Shown: one piece after another, positions 19,381-30,963 of the stretch
How positions within the stretch are numbered: the first letter of the stretch is position 1
Layout: each line of letters starts with the position of its first letter
Source of the DNA: Bdellovibrionales bacterium
GTDB taxonomy: Bacteria; Bdellovibrionota; Bdellovibrionia; Bdellovibrionales; UBA840
Assembly: GCA_045110695.1 (NCBI GenBank)
Contig: JBGCGH010000043.1
Location: forward strand, 12,755-76,754
Reading direction: 5' to 3'
DNA: 64,000 nt
The notes under the pieces: generated by a model
The model's input: the letters and a program-made list of their open reading frames with translations, nothing else
Database searches by the model: none
What the model was told of the DNA's origin: nothing
Made by a program: the position numbers and the translations under genes

Positions 19381-20243
19381 TTACCACCTCCAGTAGGAAC
19401 TTTGGATTTCAAGCTTGAAATACGCGCCCTTAAATTTCTAATTTGATTACGATATTTGGCATCAGAATTTATCGCCTCGATACGAATCAGCTCAGACTCT
19501 GCAGATCGATAGTCTTTTGCATCGACATAGGCTCGTACTAAATTTATTCCTATATTTACAAGCCTATCTGATTTTGAATAAGCTTGCTTAAGAAAATTAA
19601 CTGCTTTTTTTGCCTGACCATTCATGGCTAGACTCACTCCGTAGTTGTTAATTAAAGTAAAATCTTTGTCGTCAATATTTCTAATAAGCTCTAGAGAAAC
19701 TAAGGCTGATTTGTAGTTATTGTACTTTAAATACAATTTCGATAAGTTATGTAGAGCCACTAAATTGCTTCTGTTTTTAGCTACGGATTGTTTGAGAGTT
19801 TTTATAGCCTGAGAATCATCACCTTCAATTTGATCAAGGATCGCCAAATTATTAAGGACGGCACTTGAGTTCTCAGCTGACTTAGATGCTTTTTCCCAGA
19901 ATATCCTAGATATACCATATTTTTTTTCTTTGTAGGCTGCCATTCCTAATGCAAAGTTAGCAGAATAATTTTGTGGCTCTCGTTCTAGAATTATAGAAGA
20001 TAGCCTACGGATTTCACGGCGATTGTTTTTTAAAACGGCTGCCTTAAGCTTTTCCTCTAGACTTGGTTTATTATAGGTAAATTGTTGCTCTTCTTTCTCA
20101 AGTATTTCTTTACTTGATCGCTTATCGTTTACCGGAGAATCCGTTTTAGAATCTGTTGTTTTTTTATCACCGCTGGAACAAGCTTGAAGTAGAGCCAAGG
20201 TAAGTATCAATAGATTACTTTTCAACATCGAAACCTCCCACAT
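19377..20243 (-). CDS. TPR-repeat lipoprotein (GltE-like)
   Basis: Lipobox LTLALLQAC. The likely true start is the Met at 20228. Multiple TPR-like A..YN.G......G....A repeats. Confidence 0.65.
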   Translation of the reverse strand: MWEVSMLKSNLLILTLALLQACSSGDKKTTDSKTDSPVNDKRSSKEILEKEEQQFTYNKPSLEEKLKAAVLKNNRREIRRLSSIILEREPQNYSANFALGMAAYKEKKYGISRIFWEKASKSAENSSAVLNNLAILDQIEGDDSQAIKTLKQSVAKNRSNLVALHNLSKLYLKYNNYKSALVSLELIRNIDDKDFTLINNYGVSLAMNGQAKKAVNFLKQAYSKSDRLVNIGINLVRAYVDAKDYRSAESELIRIEAINSDAKYRNQIRNLRARISSLKSKVPTGGGK

Positions 20244-23200
20244 CTAAGCGCAACCATTTCACAAACTTATCCTCTTTGTATCTTTCTGGATAAATCTGAG
20301 TTAATTCTTTGTATACCGATTTAGTGTCGCTGTTGTAGACATCTAACTCATAAGATCGACGGATTGCCGTTTCATAGTTTTCATTTGCTGTTTGAATCAT
20401 TGGATTGGCAATCTGACCAATTCTAGATTTATATTCAGCTACTTGATCTTTTTGAATTGCTTTGGGAATTGGGGCAGCGAGTATCGCTTTTCCGAGGTGT
20501 CTATAGGCTCTACCCGCCCACACCAAGGCCTTTACGATTTGATCTCCCGAGTTTAAAGAAATTATTTGACCATATTCTTTATTCAAAGCATCCAGAAGTT
20601 GGATCTTTTTCTGAACTACTTGAGCCTGCTTTTGAGGATTTGCAGGTATTTTTAGGCCTACGAATTCGTTATACTTGCGCCTGCTGAGTTCAAATCGGGA
20701 CTGAGCGATAAAATATTTATTTTTTGCATTTTTATAAGTAAATGCCGATTTTCGATACCACTTTAAAGCATCTTTTTCGTTTCTAAAACTATCTGCCAGC
20801 TGTCCTAATTCAAATGCGGCTTCGCTAGCTTTATTTAGGTCATAGATAGTTCCACCGAGAAAGAGTTTATAGAATTTAATCGCCTGACGTCGCTTCTTAT
20901 TTTTTTGGTACATTTTGGCTAGTTCAAATTGTGCATTCTTTTTTTCCTGTCCTCTTGAGATTGCTGCCAAAGCTGCATAGCTATAGATCGCCTTAGAATA
21001 GTTATTCGTACCTCGATAGATTACAGCGCTGTTAAAATAAAGATTTTTTCTAATTTTGTCCTTTTTGTATGTATCGGCATACCTTAAAAATAGTCCGGCC
21101 GCTTTTTCTAAATCACCTATTTTCTCGTATAAGTTTGCCTGAAGTAATATTGATTTTTTCCTAATTTCCGGATTAAGCTTGTTAGTGTTGTTTATAGCTT
21201 GTTGATACAAACCGATAGCCTCAAGCACCTTTCCAGATCTCTCGTAGTTTACGGCTGCATTGTATTGAGCCACTGGAACCAAGGAACTTTTTCCATACTT
21301 TTTAGCAAATGCTAAGAAGCTAATCGCCGCTTTTAAATACTCACCTTTTTTCTCATAATCTTGCCCCTGATTAAAGGCGGCTTTCTCAACAATATTTCTA
21401 ATATCGTTAGTTAAGTTTTTATTCGCCTTGAAGCCAGGTGTTAATAGAAGCTCGTTTCCAACTTTTGCCATACCGCTAAAGTCTTGTTTTATATTGTATA
21501 TATCAAGCAACAAATTTGCAGAATACTCTGCATACTTAGACTTAGGCGCTGAACGAACAATAGCTTTAAATAGGGTCTCTGCCTCAACAAAACGATTGTA
21601 CTCATAATATACTCTAGCCAATCTAAATCGAACCTCAATACTCTCACTTGAGTTTGGAAACAACTTGATATGATCCGTTGCCGCATTAACAAACCTTTTT
21701 GTTTCAGAAGACATATTCACTGGTTGATCAGATTTAGACTTCTTCTTTGGCGATTGAGGAAGAATTTGTTCCATAGAAATGAGTCTGTTTAAACTTGCTT
21801 TTCTAGTAAATTTCCCCGTTTTACCGCCTGTTTTAATAGACCCGGCGTACATATTTGCAGCCTTGGAAAACTGATCTTTATCAAACATCAATTCCCCAAA
21901 ATAGAAATATAGTTCATGGGCAAATCTACCGTTAGGAAAATATCTAAAGTAAAGGTTATAACCAAATTTCGCCTCATCAAAGGATGTACTAGATCTGGTG
22001 TTTTCATGAATTTGATGCCATTTCAATGAGTGGATTCTTAGGATTTTCTCTCTGTCGAAATTCGCATCCTGCACCACGGAACCATCTGTCTTATTTTGCG
22101 CATACCACTGAGAGTTTTCAGAAAAATCTTTTAGCCAGCGAACAAGCTCCCTTTTAAAAGACTGCTTTGCTCCAGCATTGGAGTAGTTGAGTACAATTTG
22201 CTTTTGGTACTGATAAGATTTTTTAGCTGATGGATCCTTAGCGATCAAACTCTTAAATATACTATCAGCAGATCTATATTTACCTTGATTTGAGTATGTA
22301 TAGGCTAAGTTTTCAAGCATCTGAGTATAAGATTTGCCACCCAACCTTCTAAAGAAACTCTCAGCCTTTGCTGGATCTCCTCCATAGGAATAGAACATTA
22401 CAATATCTCTCAATCCCTCAGTGGCAAGTCGGATTCTAGCCCCACCACCTTGCTCTTGTTCTTTTTTAGCTCGAACAATAAGTCTCGCCAATCTTTTCAC
22501 TGATTCTTTATGGTTCCCCATTCTGTAGGCACACCATGCACTCTTATACATGGCAAAACTGTAGAGCTTAGCATCTCTACTTTTTAGTACTCGGATATAA
22601 AGGTCGTAGGCTTTTTTCCAATCGTCTCGTTCAAAATGGTACTCTGCCAAGGCAAAATTAGCTTCAACAACAAATGGGGATTTAGGGTAGTTTTTAATCA
22701 ATTTTGTGTATGTAGACTTTCCCTGCTTAATCTGACCTAATTCAAATTGAATATAGCCAACGAAAAACAAAGCTTGGTCGATTCGACTGTCTTTTGGAAA
22801 ATCTTTGATAAACCAACTATAAAGCTGTGTTGCTCGTTTATAGTAGTCTTTCACAGGTTTAAGATTTAATTTTGGCCTTCTCTTTCTTTTACTTTTGGAT
22901 TTTTCGTAAGCCTGGATTCTTCTATCGTAATCACTAAATATCCGCTGTTCCACTAGACGGGCTTTTTCTACATAAAGCTCACCCTGGCGCAACCAAAGCT
23001 CTCCTCTTCTTTCACTTTTTTGATACTTTTTGATCAGCCTAAAAAGCCTCTCTATACCATCATCAACAACAGCCTCAAGTTTTGCCACTTTATCGGCACT
23101 TTGACGCTGCAAAATTTTAGCTGAAGGCGGTTTTATTTTAGATAAATCCCTTGAGGTCGCTTCATTTTGAACTTTTGTAGACTTGGTGTTAAAATTTAAT

Positions 23201-23331
23201 TTTGTCTTAGTCTTTTTAGATTTACCGATATTTTTTATATAATCACCAATCGTTTTTTGATTCTGAGCCTGAAGACTAGAACCTAAAAACAATCCTGATA
23301 GTAAAAATAATGTTATCGCTATATTTCTCAT
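20215..23331 (-). CDS. Large periplasmic TPR-repeat protein (GltD/AgmU-like)
   Basis: 1038 aa, signal peptide, TPR-like repeats throughout (repeated ALF.LG..Y...G.Y..A...F pattern). Confidence 0.65.
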   Translation of the reverse strand: MRNIAITLFLLSGLFLGSSLQAQNQKTIGDYIKNIGKSKKTKTKLNFNTKSTKVQNEATSRDLSKIKPPSAKILQRQSADKVAKLEAVVDDGIERLFRLIKKYQKSERRGELWLRQGELYVEKARLVEQRIFSDYDRRIQAYEKSKSKRKRRPKLNLKPVKDYYKRATQLYSWFIKDFPKDSRIDQALFFVGYIQFELGQIKQGKSTYTKLIKNYPKSPFVVEANFALAEYHFERDDWKKAYDLYIRVLKSRDAKLYSFAMYKSAWCAYRMGNHKESVKRLARLIVRAKKEQEQGGGARIRLATEGLRDIVMFYSYGGDPAKAESFFRRLGGKSYTQMLENLAYTYSNQGKYRSADSIFKSLIAKDPSAKKSYQYQKQIVLNYSNAGAKQSFKRELVRWLKDFSENSQWYAQNKTDGSVVQDANFDREKILRIHSLKWHQIHENTRSSTSFDEAKFGYNLYFRYFPNGRFAHELYFYFGELMFDKDQFSKAANMYAGSIKTGGKTGKFTRKASLNRLISMEQILPQSPKKKSKSDQPVNMSSETKRFVNAATDHIKLFPNSSESIEVRFRLARVYYEYNRFVEAETLFKAIVRSAPKSKYAEYSANLLLDIYNIKQDFSGMAKVGNELLLTPGFKANKNLTNDIRNIVEKAAFNQGQDYEKKGEYLKAAISFLAFAKKYGKSSLVPVAQYNAAVNYERSGKVLEAIGLYQQAINNTNKLNPEIRKKSILLQANLYEKIGDLEKAAGLFLRYADTYKKDKIRKNLYFNSAVIYRGTNNYSKAIYSYAALAAISRGQEKKNAQFELAKMYQKNKKRRQAIKFYKLFLGGTIYDLNKASEAAFELGQLADSFRNEKDALKWYRKSAFTYKNAKNKYFIAQSRFELSRRKYNEFVGLKIPANPQKQAQVVQKKIQLLDALNKEYGQIISLNSGDQIVKALVWAGRAYRHLGKAILAAPIPKAIQKDQVAEYKSRIGQIANPMIQTANENYETAIRRSYELDVYNSDTKSVYKELTQIYPERYKEDKFVKWLRLDVGGFDVEK

Positions 23332-23338
23332 CTACTTC

Positions 23339-24949
23339 CTATTTACAGCTACTCTTGCCGAGGTAGTGATAGTTACCTATTTCATCCAACCAATATTCCC
23401 CAAGATATGGCCAATACTCGTAGCCATTCTGGATATAAAAATCTCTGTCTGCATTATTATCTATAGTTTGCTCTTGGCCTGAAAGAATTTGAGCACGAAG
23501 AGTATCTTTTTGAGAGTTGGCCAACTCAAATCTAGCAAATTCTTCTTGTTCTTCGATTCTTACGACTTCTTTGTAGTACTTAACCAAATAACCCCTGACA
23601 GATAAGCCAAGTCTTCTTTTAGCTGCCTTAATTCTCTTCTCTAAAAGCCGAGACAAATTCTTACCTACTCTAGAATTTTGCCATTCTGGCGATAGTTCAC
23701 TTAATCGGTCTTTTTCAGAGACTAATTTAAAAACGTAGCTAACACCACTTTGAACATCACCTTGGTTATAGATATTTTTATATATCATCGTTGGTAAACG
23801 ATACTTTTTAGAGTCTATTTCCTGACTAAAATTCTCATAATCATTATAAAACACACTGAAATCGTTATATATTTTATTCGACCTTGGCTTCGATTTTAGA
23901 TAAGACCGAATGTCTTTAGCTACTGGAATATATATACTTTTAAATAAATCCAAAGTTTTTGCCATTTCATCGTATTTACAAATATAAAGGTAAACTATAC
24001 CCCTCAATAATAAGGATTCCGGTAAGAAATCATTTCTATAGTAGTCAGAGTGAAGTGTGTGGAAATTACTAAGTACGGATCTAAACTTTCCGGTCCTAAG
24101 CTGAGCCCAAGACATTTCAAAAAGCCCCTCATGCCAAGCTTCGGAATCCCTTGGGACTTGTCTATAGTATTCAACCGCTTTATCCCACATATTTGCCTGG
24201 TAATAAGACCTTGCCAGCCCTAAAACAGCCGCAACTCGGTTATCATTTGTAACCGGAGCGTCTTTATAGCTTTCGAGAAGGTTTTGAAACTTTCTAACTG
24301 CCAATCTGGGTTTTCCAATTTTTGCTGATATATACGCAGACTTATACTTAGCCCTGGCATAAAACGCGCTACTAGAACGAATCATCTCATAGTACTTTAC
24401 AGCATTGGAATAGTCTTTTTTACGTTCGTACACTTCAGCGATTCTAAATCTTAAAAGATCCCACCTAGATTTAGGGAATTTCTTAATCTCAACCTTTGAA
24501 AGCGCATAGTTTAGTAACCGACTATCTTCAAGATAACTCGCAGATATCACAAGTTTTTCTAGAGCCCGATTTATGTATTTACTATTGCCGAGCTGGATGG
24601 TTCCAACAAACTGATAAGAGGCTCCTTGGTAGAGCTTCATTTCATAAAGCATCAAGCCAAGTAAATATTTGATTTGAGGGCGCTCTTTTCGAAATAGCTT
24701 GTCCTTACTTAATCTATATAAAACCTTAGTTGCTTGCTCATAGTTTCTTGCTCTTGCAAGACGAAGAGCAAAGGACATTTCACGGGCTTTATTTCTTTTG
24801 TAACGGCTTTTACGTTTTTTTCTCTTCTTTGATTTAGATTTTTTAACATTGCTCGTTTTTTTCTGAGCATAGACATTGTCAATACCACCTACTGTAGCGA
24901 CACCGAAACCTAGAAACATGGAGAGTATGATCATTGCGATTTTAATCAT
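23339..24949 (-). CDS. TPR-repeat periplasmic protein (GltC-like)
   Basis: 536 aa. Signal peptide, Lys/Arg-rich stretch (KKSKSKKRKKRKSRYKRNK), then TPR-like repeats. Confidence 0.6.
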   Translation of the reverse strand: MIKIAMIILSMFLGFGVATVGGIDNVYAQKKTSNVKKSKSKKRKKRKSRYKRNKAREMSFALRLARARNYEQATKVLYRLSKDKLFRKERPQIKYLLGLMLYEMKLYQGASYQFVGTIQLGNSKYINRALEKLVISASYLEDSRLLNYALSKVEIKKFPKSRWDLLRFRIAEVYERKKDYSNAVKYYEMIRSSSAFYARAKYKSAYISAKIGKPRLAVRKFQNLLESYKDAPVTNDNRVAAVLGLARSYYQANMWDKAVEYYRQVPRDSEAWHEGLFEMSWAQLRTGKFRSVLSNFHTLHSDYYRNDFLPESLLLRGIVYLYICKYDEMAKTLDLFKSIYIPVAKDIRSYLKSKPRSNKIYNDFSVFYNDYENFSQEIDSKKYRLPTMIYKNIYNQGDVQSGVSYVFKLVSEKDRLSELSPEWQNSRVGKNLSRLLEKRIKAAKRRLGLSVRGYLVKYYKEVVRIEEQEEFARFELANSQKDTLRAQILSGQEQTIDNNADRDFYIQNGYEYWPYLGEYWLDEIGNYHYLGKSSCK

Positions 24950-25707
24950 CTGTAGTCAACCTCCGGAAAAAAGAAGCTCGCGCCAAAAGTTAAATGTATA
25001 TTCGTATTGAGTGACTCAGTGCTGTCTTTTGGAGTGGCGTTATACCAAAAGAAGCTAGTGTCCCATCGGATAGTTAAAGACTTGCTAAGAGCAAAGTGCT
25101 GACCAAAACCAAAATGTGCCGTGGGGGCCGACTCACCAGAGGAAGTGTTTGTGCTCCCCGCACCAAAAGTCAGGTAGGTTTCAAATGGAATAATGGAATC
25201 TTCAAAAAATGCCATTTTCCCGTAGACAGGAGTATATTTGGCATCGATCCCATAGAAAGATTCAGGAGTAACTGCCAAATCAGAGTCTACACCCCTATCT
25301 TGTAAATCGTTTGTAACTTTCTTATTGGATACTGAAGAAGAGAAGGCATTTAGCTCTAATCCCCATTTTTCTGTAAAATAATAACCGGCACGGAAACTAA
25401 GTATCTGGTTTACAAAAAAGGAATCATTTAAAATAACGCCAATGTTGGGAAAAAGTTCGAATCGTTCTGTTTTTGAAAGATACTTCCTCTGAATCATAGC
25501 TACATTTTTAAACGGTGAAAGAAACCTTAATCCAGATACATCTTCTATCTTCAAATCTTTAAGGTTAAACTCTCCTTCTCTTTTCTCATCTGCACTATCT
25601 TCCGCCTCATAAAGGAAGTCATCCACACCTGAATCTTCCGATCCTTGCTGAGCAAAAAGTGGCAACGTAAATGCTATACCTAAAATTGTAATCCATTTTA
25701 AAAACAT
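24946..25707 (-). CDS. Outer-membrane beta-barrel-like protein (GltA/GltB-like size class)
   Basis: 253 aa. Signal peptide, alternating hydrophobic beta-strand pattern, aromatic-rich C-terminus (GASFFFPEVDYR). 4-nt overlap with the downstream TPR gene. Confidence 0.5.
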   Translation of the reverse strand: MFLKWITILGIAFTLPLFAQQGSEDSGVDDFLYEAEDSADEKREGEFNLKDLKIEDVSGLRFLSPFKNVAMIQRKYLSKTERFELFPNIGVILNDSFFVNQILSFRAGYYFTEKWGLELNAFSSSVSNKKVTNDLQDRGVDSDLAVTPESFYGIDAKYTPVYGKMAFFEDSIIPFETYLTFGAGSTNTSSGESAPTAHFGFGQHFALSKSLTIRWDTSFFWYNATPKDSTESLNTNIHLTFGASFFFPEVDYR

Positions 25708-25876
25708 TTCATCCGTCCAATGGTAGAATATCTCTACTATAGACTACCGAATAAGGTGGGAAGAAAGTAGCAAGTGAAGGCTTTTTAGACTTTGATCTAT
25801 GAGGTTTTTCTTAGAATAAACAAGTATTTAGCTTTGTATTTTAGATTGTATTGGACAACTTAGCTTCAACTAAAGC

Positions 25877-26620
25877 CTATAAGAATGGAAAGAAAGAAAA
25901 CACACCGAACATTAAAGTCATATTAAAGAAATTTTCATCCTCAAAGGGTGGAGTGTTGACCGTAGAAGCCCCCAGAAAGTCTGGGAAAATATAATTTTGA
26001 ATTCGTAAATCTAGATTAAGACCCCAATTGGGACTGAAATAGAATTTTTGTATAACTCCAGCCTGTAGATAGGTCGCGCTTTCACCACCATAAGTAATGG
26101 AACCCAGACCAAGGATAGTGGAAGTGGATAGATTATATACCCCTTGCTTGGTAATACTAATTTTCCCGTAGTAAGGGGTGTATTCCCAATTTAATGCGGC
26201 ATAACTCTCAAGCAGTGGTACGTTATCCCAGTCACCAATGTTGATTGGTGGTCCTGAAATTTGGTCCTGAAAATTATTTCCTGAGGAAATGTAAGAACCA
26301 TAATCCACTGATACAGCGTGAACTTCATTAAGGTGGTAACTAAAATGCAATCGAAGGAGGTTATTATCAAAAAATGCATCGTTCAGTGTCGAACCTAGTG
26401 CAAATCCAACTTCTCCACGATTTTCTTTCACCACGTTTCTTTTTCGTAAAACTTTTTTCACTCTAAACACTGGCAATACGGTCTCTGTAGCCAATTCTTT
26501 TTTATTAATTTTAATTGTTTTCTGTTTCTTCTCTTCTGAAAAAGCGCCAAGAGCGAATACACTACAGATAGAAAAAACAATAAGAGGTTTGATTTTATTA
26601 AACACTAGAGCTCCCGTCAC
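25877..26620 (-). CDS. Outer-membrane beta-barrel-like protein (GltA/GltB-like size class)
   Basis: 247 aa, paralogous in pattern to 24946..25707 (YTP.YGK...., ...FG.G...). C-terminus FGVFSFFPFL. GTG start overlaps the end of kdsC (an alternative GTG lies at 26605). Confidence 0.5.
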   Translation of the reverse strand: MTGALVFNKIKPLIVFSICSVFALGAFSEEKKQKTIKINKKELATETVLPVFRVKKVLRKRNVVKENRGEVGFALGSTLNDAFFDNNLLRLHFSYHLNEVHAVSVDYGSYISSGNNFQDQISGPPINIGDWDNVPLLESYAALNWEYTPYYGKISITKQGVYNLSTSTILGLGSITYGGESATYLQAGVIQKFYFSPNWGLNLDLRIQNYIFPDFLGASTVNTPPFEDENFFNMTLMFGVFSFFPFL

Positions 26621-27101
26621 TGTACTTTAATAGATAATCACATATCTCCCGTACAGCACCTTTTCCACCTTCTCGCTTTGTAATGTAGCTGGCTTTTTCC
26701 AAAGCTTCATCAATAGCACCCGGTACAGTAACCGCAAAACCTACACGAGAAAAAAGCTCAACGTCATAAATATCATCGCCAACATAAGCAATCTGGTCAG
26801 CTCTCAAGTCCGTTTTTTCTACAAAGTCATCAAGAGCAATCGTTTTATCAACAATGCCATTATAAAAATGCTCGATTCCTAAGAATTCGACTCTCTCCGT
26901 TACATCTCGTGATTTAGCACCAGTAATTACACCTATGATAAAGCCTTTTTTCTGAAGTAATTTAATGCCGACGCCGTCTCTTACATTATAGCGGCGAACC
27001 CATTCACCACTCTCTGTCCATTGGACACAAGCATCTGTTAGCACGCCATCTACGTCTAACACCAAGGCCTTAATATTTTTTAATTTTGCGATTTCTAACA
27101 T
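26598..27101 (-). CDS. kdsC: 3-deoxy-D-manno-octulosonate 8-phosphate phosphatase (HAD)
   Basis: 167 aa. LVLDVDGVLTD, GV.ITG..S..V..R...LGI, VGDD..D motifs. Lies downstream of kdsD. Confidence 0.85.
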   Translation of the reverse strand: MLEIAKLKNIKALVLDVDGVLTDACVQWTESGEWVRRYNVRDGVGIKLLQKKGFIIGVITGAKSRDVTERVEFLGIEHFYNGIVDKTIALDDFVEKTDLRADQIAYVGDDIYDVELFSRVGFAVTVPGAIDEALEKASYITKREGGKGAVREICDYLLKYSDGSSSV

Positions 27102-27245
27102 AACTACTCTCCATTCTGCCTTTTTTTCAGCCCTGAGTCCCTTTGAATTACCAATCTCACTACCTTAGTCATAGTGAGATCTAAATCAAAACCTTTGCTT
27201 TATCTAATGTAACTTTTAATATCAGGATCAAAGTCTGTGGGCTAC

Positions 27246-28229
27246 CTACTTAATTTTGGCTCTCAACAGATCCTGAAGGTGAATTATGCCAATAGGCTGA
27301 ATTCTAGAGTCATTTTCTTCAACAACAAATAGAGTTTGAATTTGAAACTGCTCCATTAAGAACAATGCTTTTTGGGCCATTTCTTCAGGATGTATAGTTT
27401 TAGGTTTGCTCGACATTAAACTTCTTACCTCAACATCCAGAGGAGACTCTGCTTTTTCCAAGCTACGCCTGATGTCACCATCGGTAACAATACCTAACAA
27501 CTCATTATTATCCCCAACAATCCCAGCGACTCCTCGGACGTCTTTACCCGTCATCCGAGTAATTACCTCTCTAAGAACATCATGAGGCCTAACCAATGGG
27601 AGACTCTCGCCGGTATGCATGACATCCCTTACTCTTGTTAAAAGCTTCCTTCCCAAGGATCCACCGGGATGATACTCGGCATAGTCCTTTTCCTTAAAAC
27701 CTCTTGCTGAAAGAGTTGCCATGGCAAGGGCATCTCCTAAAGCTAAACTAACAGTAGTACTTGTAGTTGGAGCTAAGCCCATAGGACAGGCTTCTTCATC
27801 CACAGAAATATCCAAGATCACTTGGCTTGCAGAGCCTAACTGCGAATCAGGCTTACTGGTCATTCCTATTAAAGGAATATTTTTTCGTTGCACATACGCG
27901 ATCATATCGTTGAGCTCAACTGAATTTCCGCCATTACTAATCATAACAACAACATCTGCTTTAGTGATAATTCCCATATCACCATGACTTGCCTCGGCAG
28001 GATGAACATACAAACTGGGAGTTCCAGTGGAGGCCAAAGTCGAAGAGATTTTTTTTGCAATATGACCCGACTTTCCAATTCCACTAAAAACAACTCTACC
28101 CTCGGTGTCTAAAAGTAGTTTCACCGCCTTCTCAAAATTAGTATCTAATCGCTCTTTCAATTTTAAAATAGCTGCCGCTTCAATATCTAGTACTTTACTA
28201 GCAACTTTTAGTATCTCGCTCATAACCAT
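27246..28229 (-). CDS. kdsD: Arabinose-5-phosphate isomerase (SIS + tandem CBS)
   Basis: 327 aa. SIS motif GIGKSGHIAKKISSTLASTGTPS and a C-terminal CBS pair. Confidence 0.9.
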   Translation of the reverse strand: MVMSEILKVASKVLDIEAAAILKLKERLDTNFEKAVKLLLDTEGRVVFSGIGKSGHIAKKISSTLASTGTPSLYVHPAEASHGDMGIITKADVVVMISNGGNSVELNDMIAYVQRKNIPLIGMTSKPDSQLGSASQVILDISVDEEACPMGLAPTTSTTVSLALGDALAMATLSARGFKEKDYAEYHPGGSLGRKLLTRVRDVMHTGESLPLVRPHDVLREVITRMTGKDVRGVAGIVGDNNELLGIVTDGDIRRSLEKAESPLDVEVRSLMSSKPKTIHPEEMAQKALFLMEQFQIQTLFVVEENDSRIQPIGIIHLQDLLRAKIK

Positions 28230-28233
28230 ATTC

Positions 28234-29991
<1,758 letters not shown>

Positions 29992-30723
29992 CTAACCTCT
30001 TTGCGCCAATATATTTTCTATTTTTAAAATATCCTCTGGAGTATCAACGCCCCATGAATCAGACTCCACCATTACCACTTTTATTTTAGCTCCCAAATAT
30101 AGAGCTCTCAACTGTTCCAAACCCTCCGCCATCTCAATAGAACTCGGCTCAGATTGACAAAACTCTTTCAAAAAACTTTTTCTGTAAGCATAGATACCGA
30201 TATGTTTTACACTAGTATCTAAATCCATCTTCTCCCTACTAAAAGGCAGAGCAAAGCGACTAAAATACAGAGCTTCATTATTTTTATTTAGTACAATTTT
30301 GGCCGTCGTCTGAGATTCGATCTCATCGAAAGCCTTGAACTTTCTCCCCATGGTTGCCATTTGGATATGATCAACATCAAAAGCTTTCAGTAAAGGATCA
30401 AGGCATCTACCATCAAATAACGGCTCATCCCCTTGTACGTTAATCACCACATCAACATCTAAACCTTTGATAGCTTGATAAACTCGATCTGTTCCGGTGG
30501 GCAACTCACTATCCGTCATCACTGCAGTGGCAAGTGGACTTGAGTTTACAAGGTCAAAAATAGCATCATGATCTGTAGCGACCACAACATTCTCAACAGA
30601 TTTTGATTTAAGGACACCTTCAATCGTCCAAAGTATCATTTCTTTACCATTAATCTTGGCAAGTGGTTTTCCAGGAAAACGAGTAGATGCATATCTTGCC
30701 GGAATCACAACAGCTGTTTTCAT
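29992..30723 (-). CDS. kdsB: 3-deoxy-manno-octulosonate cytidylyltransferase (CMP-KDO synthetase)
   Basis: Start moved to MKTAVVIPARYASTRFPGKPL (ATG 30723), which forms an ATGA overlap with the upstream small ORF. GDEP motif NVQGDEPL. Confidence 0.9.
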   Translation of the reverse strand: MKTAVVIPARYASTRFPGKPLAKINGKEMILWTIEGVLKSKSVENVVVATDHDAIFDLVNSSPLATAVMTDSELPTGTDRVYQAIKGLDVDVVINVQGDEPLFDGRCLDPLLKAFDVDHIQMATMGRKFKAFDEIESQTTAKIVLNKNNEALYFSRFALPFSREKMDLDTSVKHIGIYAYRKSFLKEFCQSEPSSIEMAEGLEQLRALYLGAKIKVVMVESDSWGVDTPEDILKIENILAQRG

Positions 30724-30959
30724 AACAGTCCTTTTAATCTCAAGATGGAAACCCATATTCCAAAAACAAAACAACTCATGAATAAACTTATACCCAACAG
30801 AGCTGCAAAAATAGTAAACCTATCAAAATCAATCTGTCTAAATTGCTTAAAGGGACGCCATCTATTAAAGAAGCTTTCTGGCCTCAGCCAAAAAAGAAAG
30901 GTGGCTATGGAGAGCAGTAAAATCCATAAACTAATAAACCATAAAGAGTATATCATCAC
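30720..30959 (-). CDS. Small membrane protein
   Basis: 79 aa, 2 predicted TM helices. Stop overlaps the kdsB ATG (ATGA). Confidence 0.4.
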   Translation of the reverse strand: MMIYSLWFISLWILLLSIATFLFWLRPESFFNRWRPFKQFRQIDFDRFTIFAALLGISLFMSCFVFGIWVSILRLKGLL

Positions 30960-30963
30960 ATAA

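Noticed and set aside
30724-30774. N-terminal extensions in track ORFs (kdsB 30724..30774; MBL 35880..35996; HMA 36479..36559; lipoprotein 37791..37835; YeeE partner 58173..58277; PilZ 14422..14478; FliG_C-like 56918..56974)
   Set aside because: In each case an internal Met preceded by an RBS gives the family-typical N-terminus or signal peptide. This also removes overlaps with neighbouring genes.
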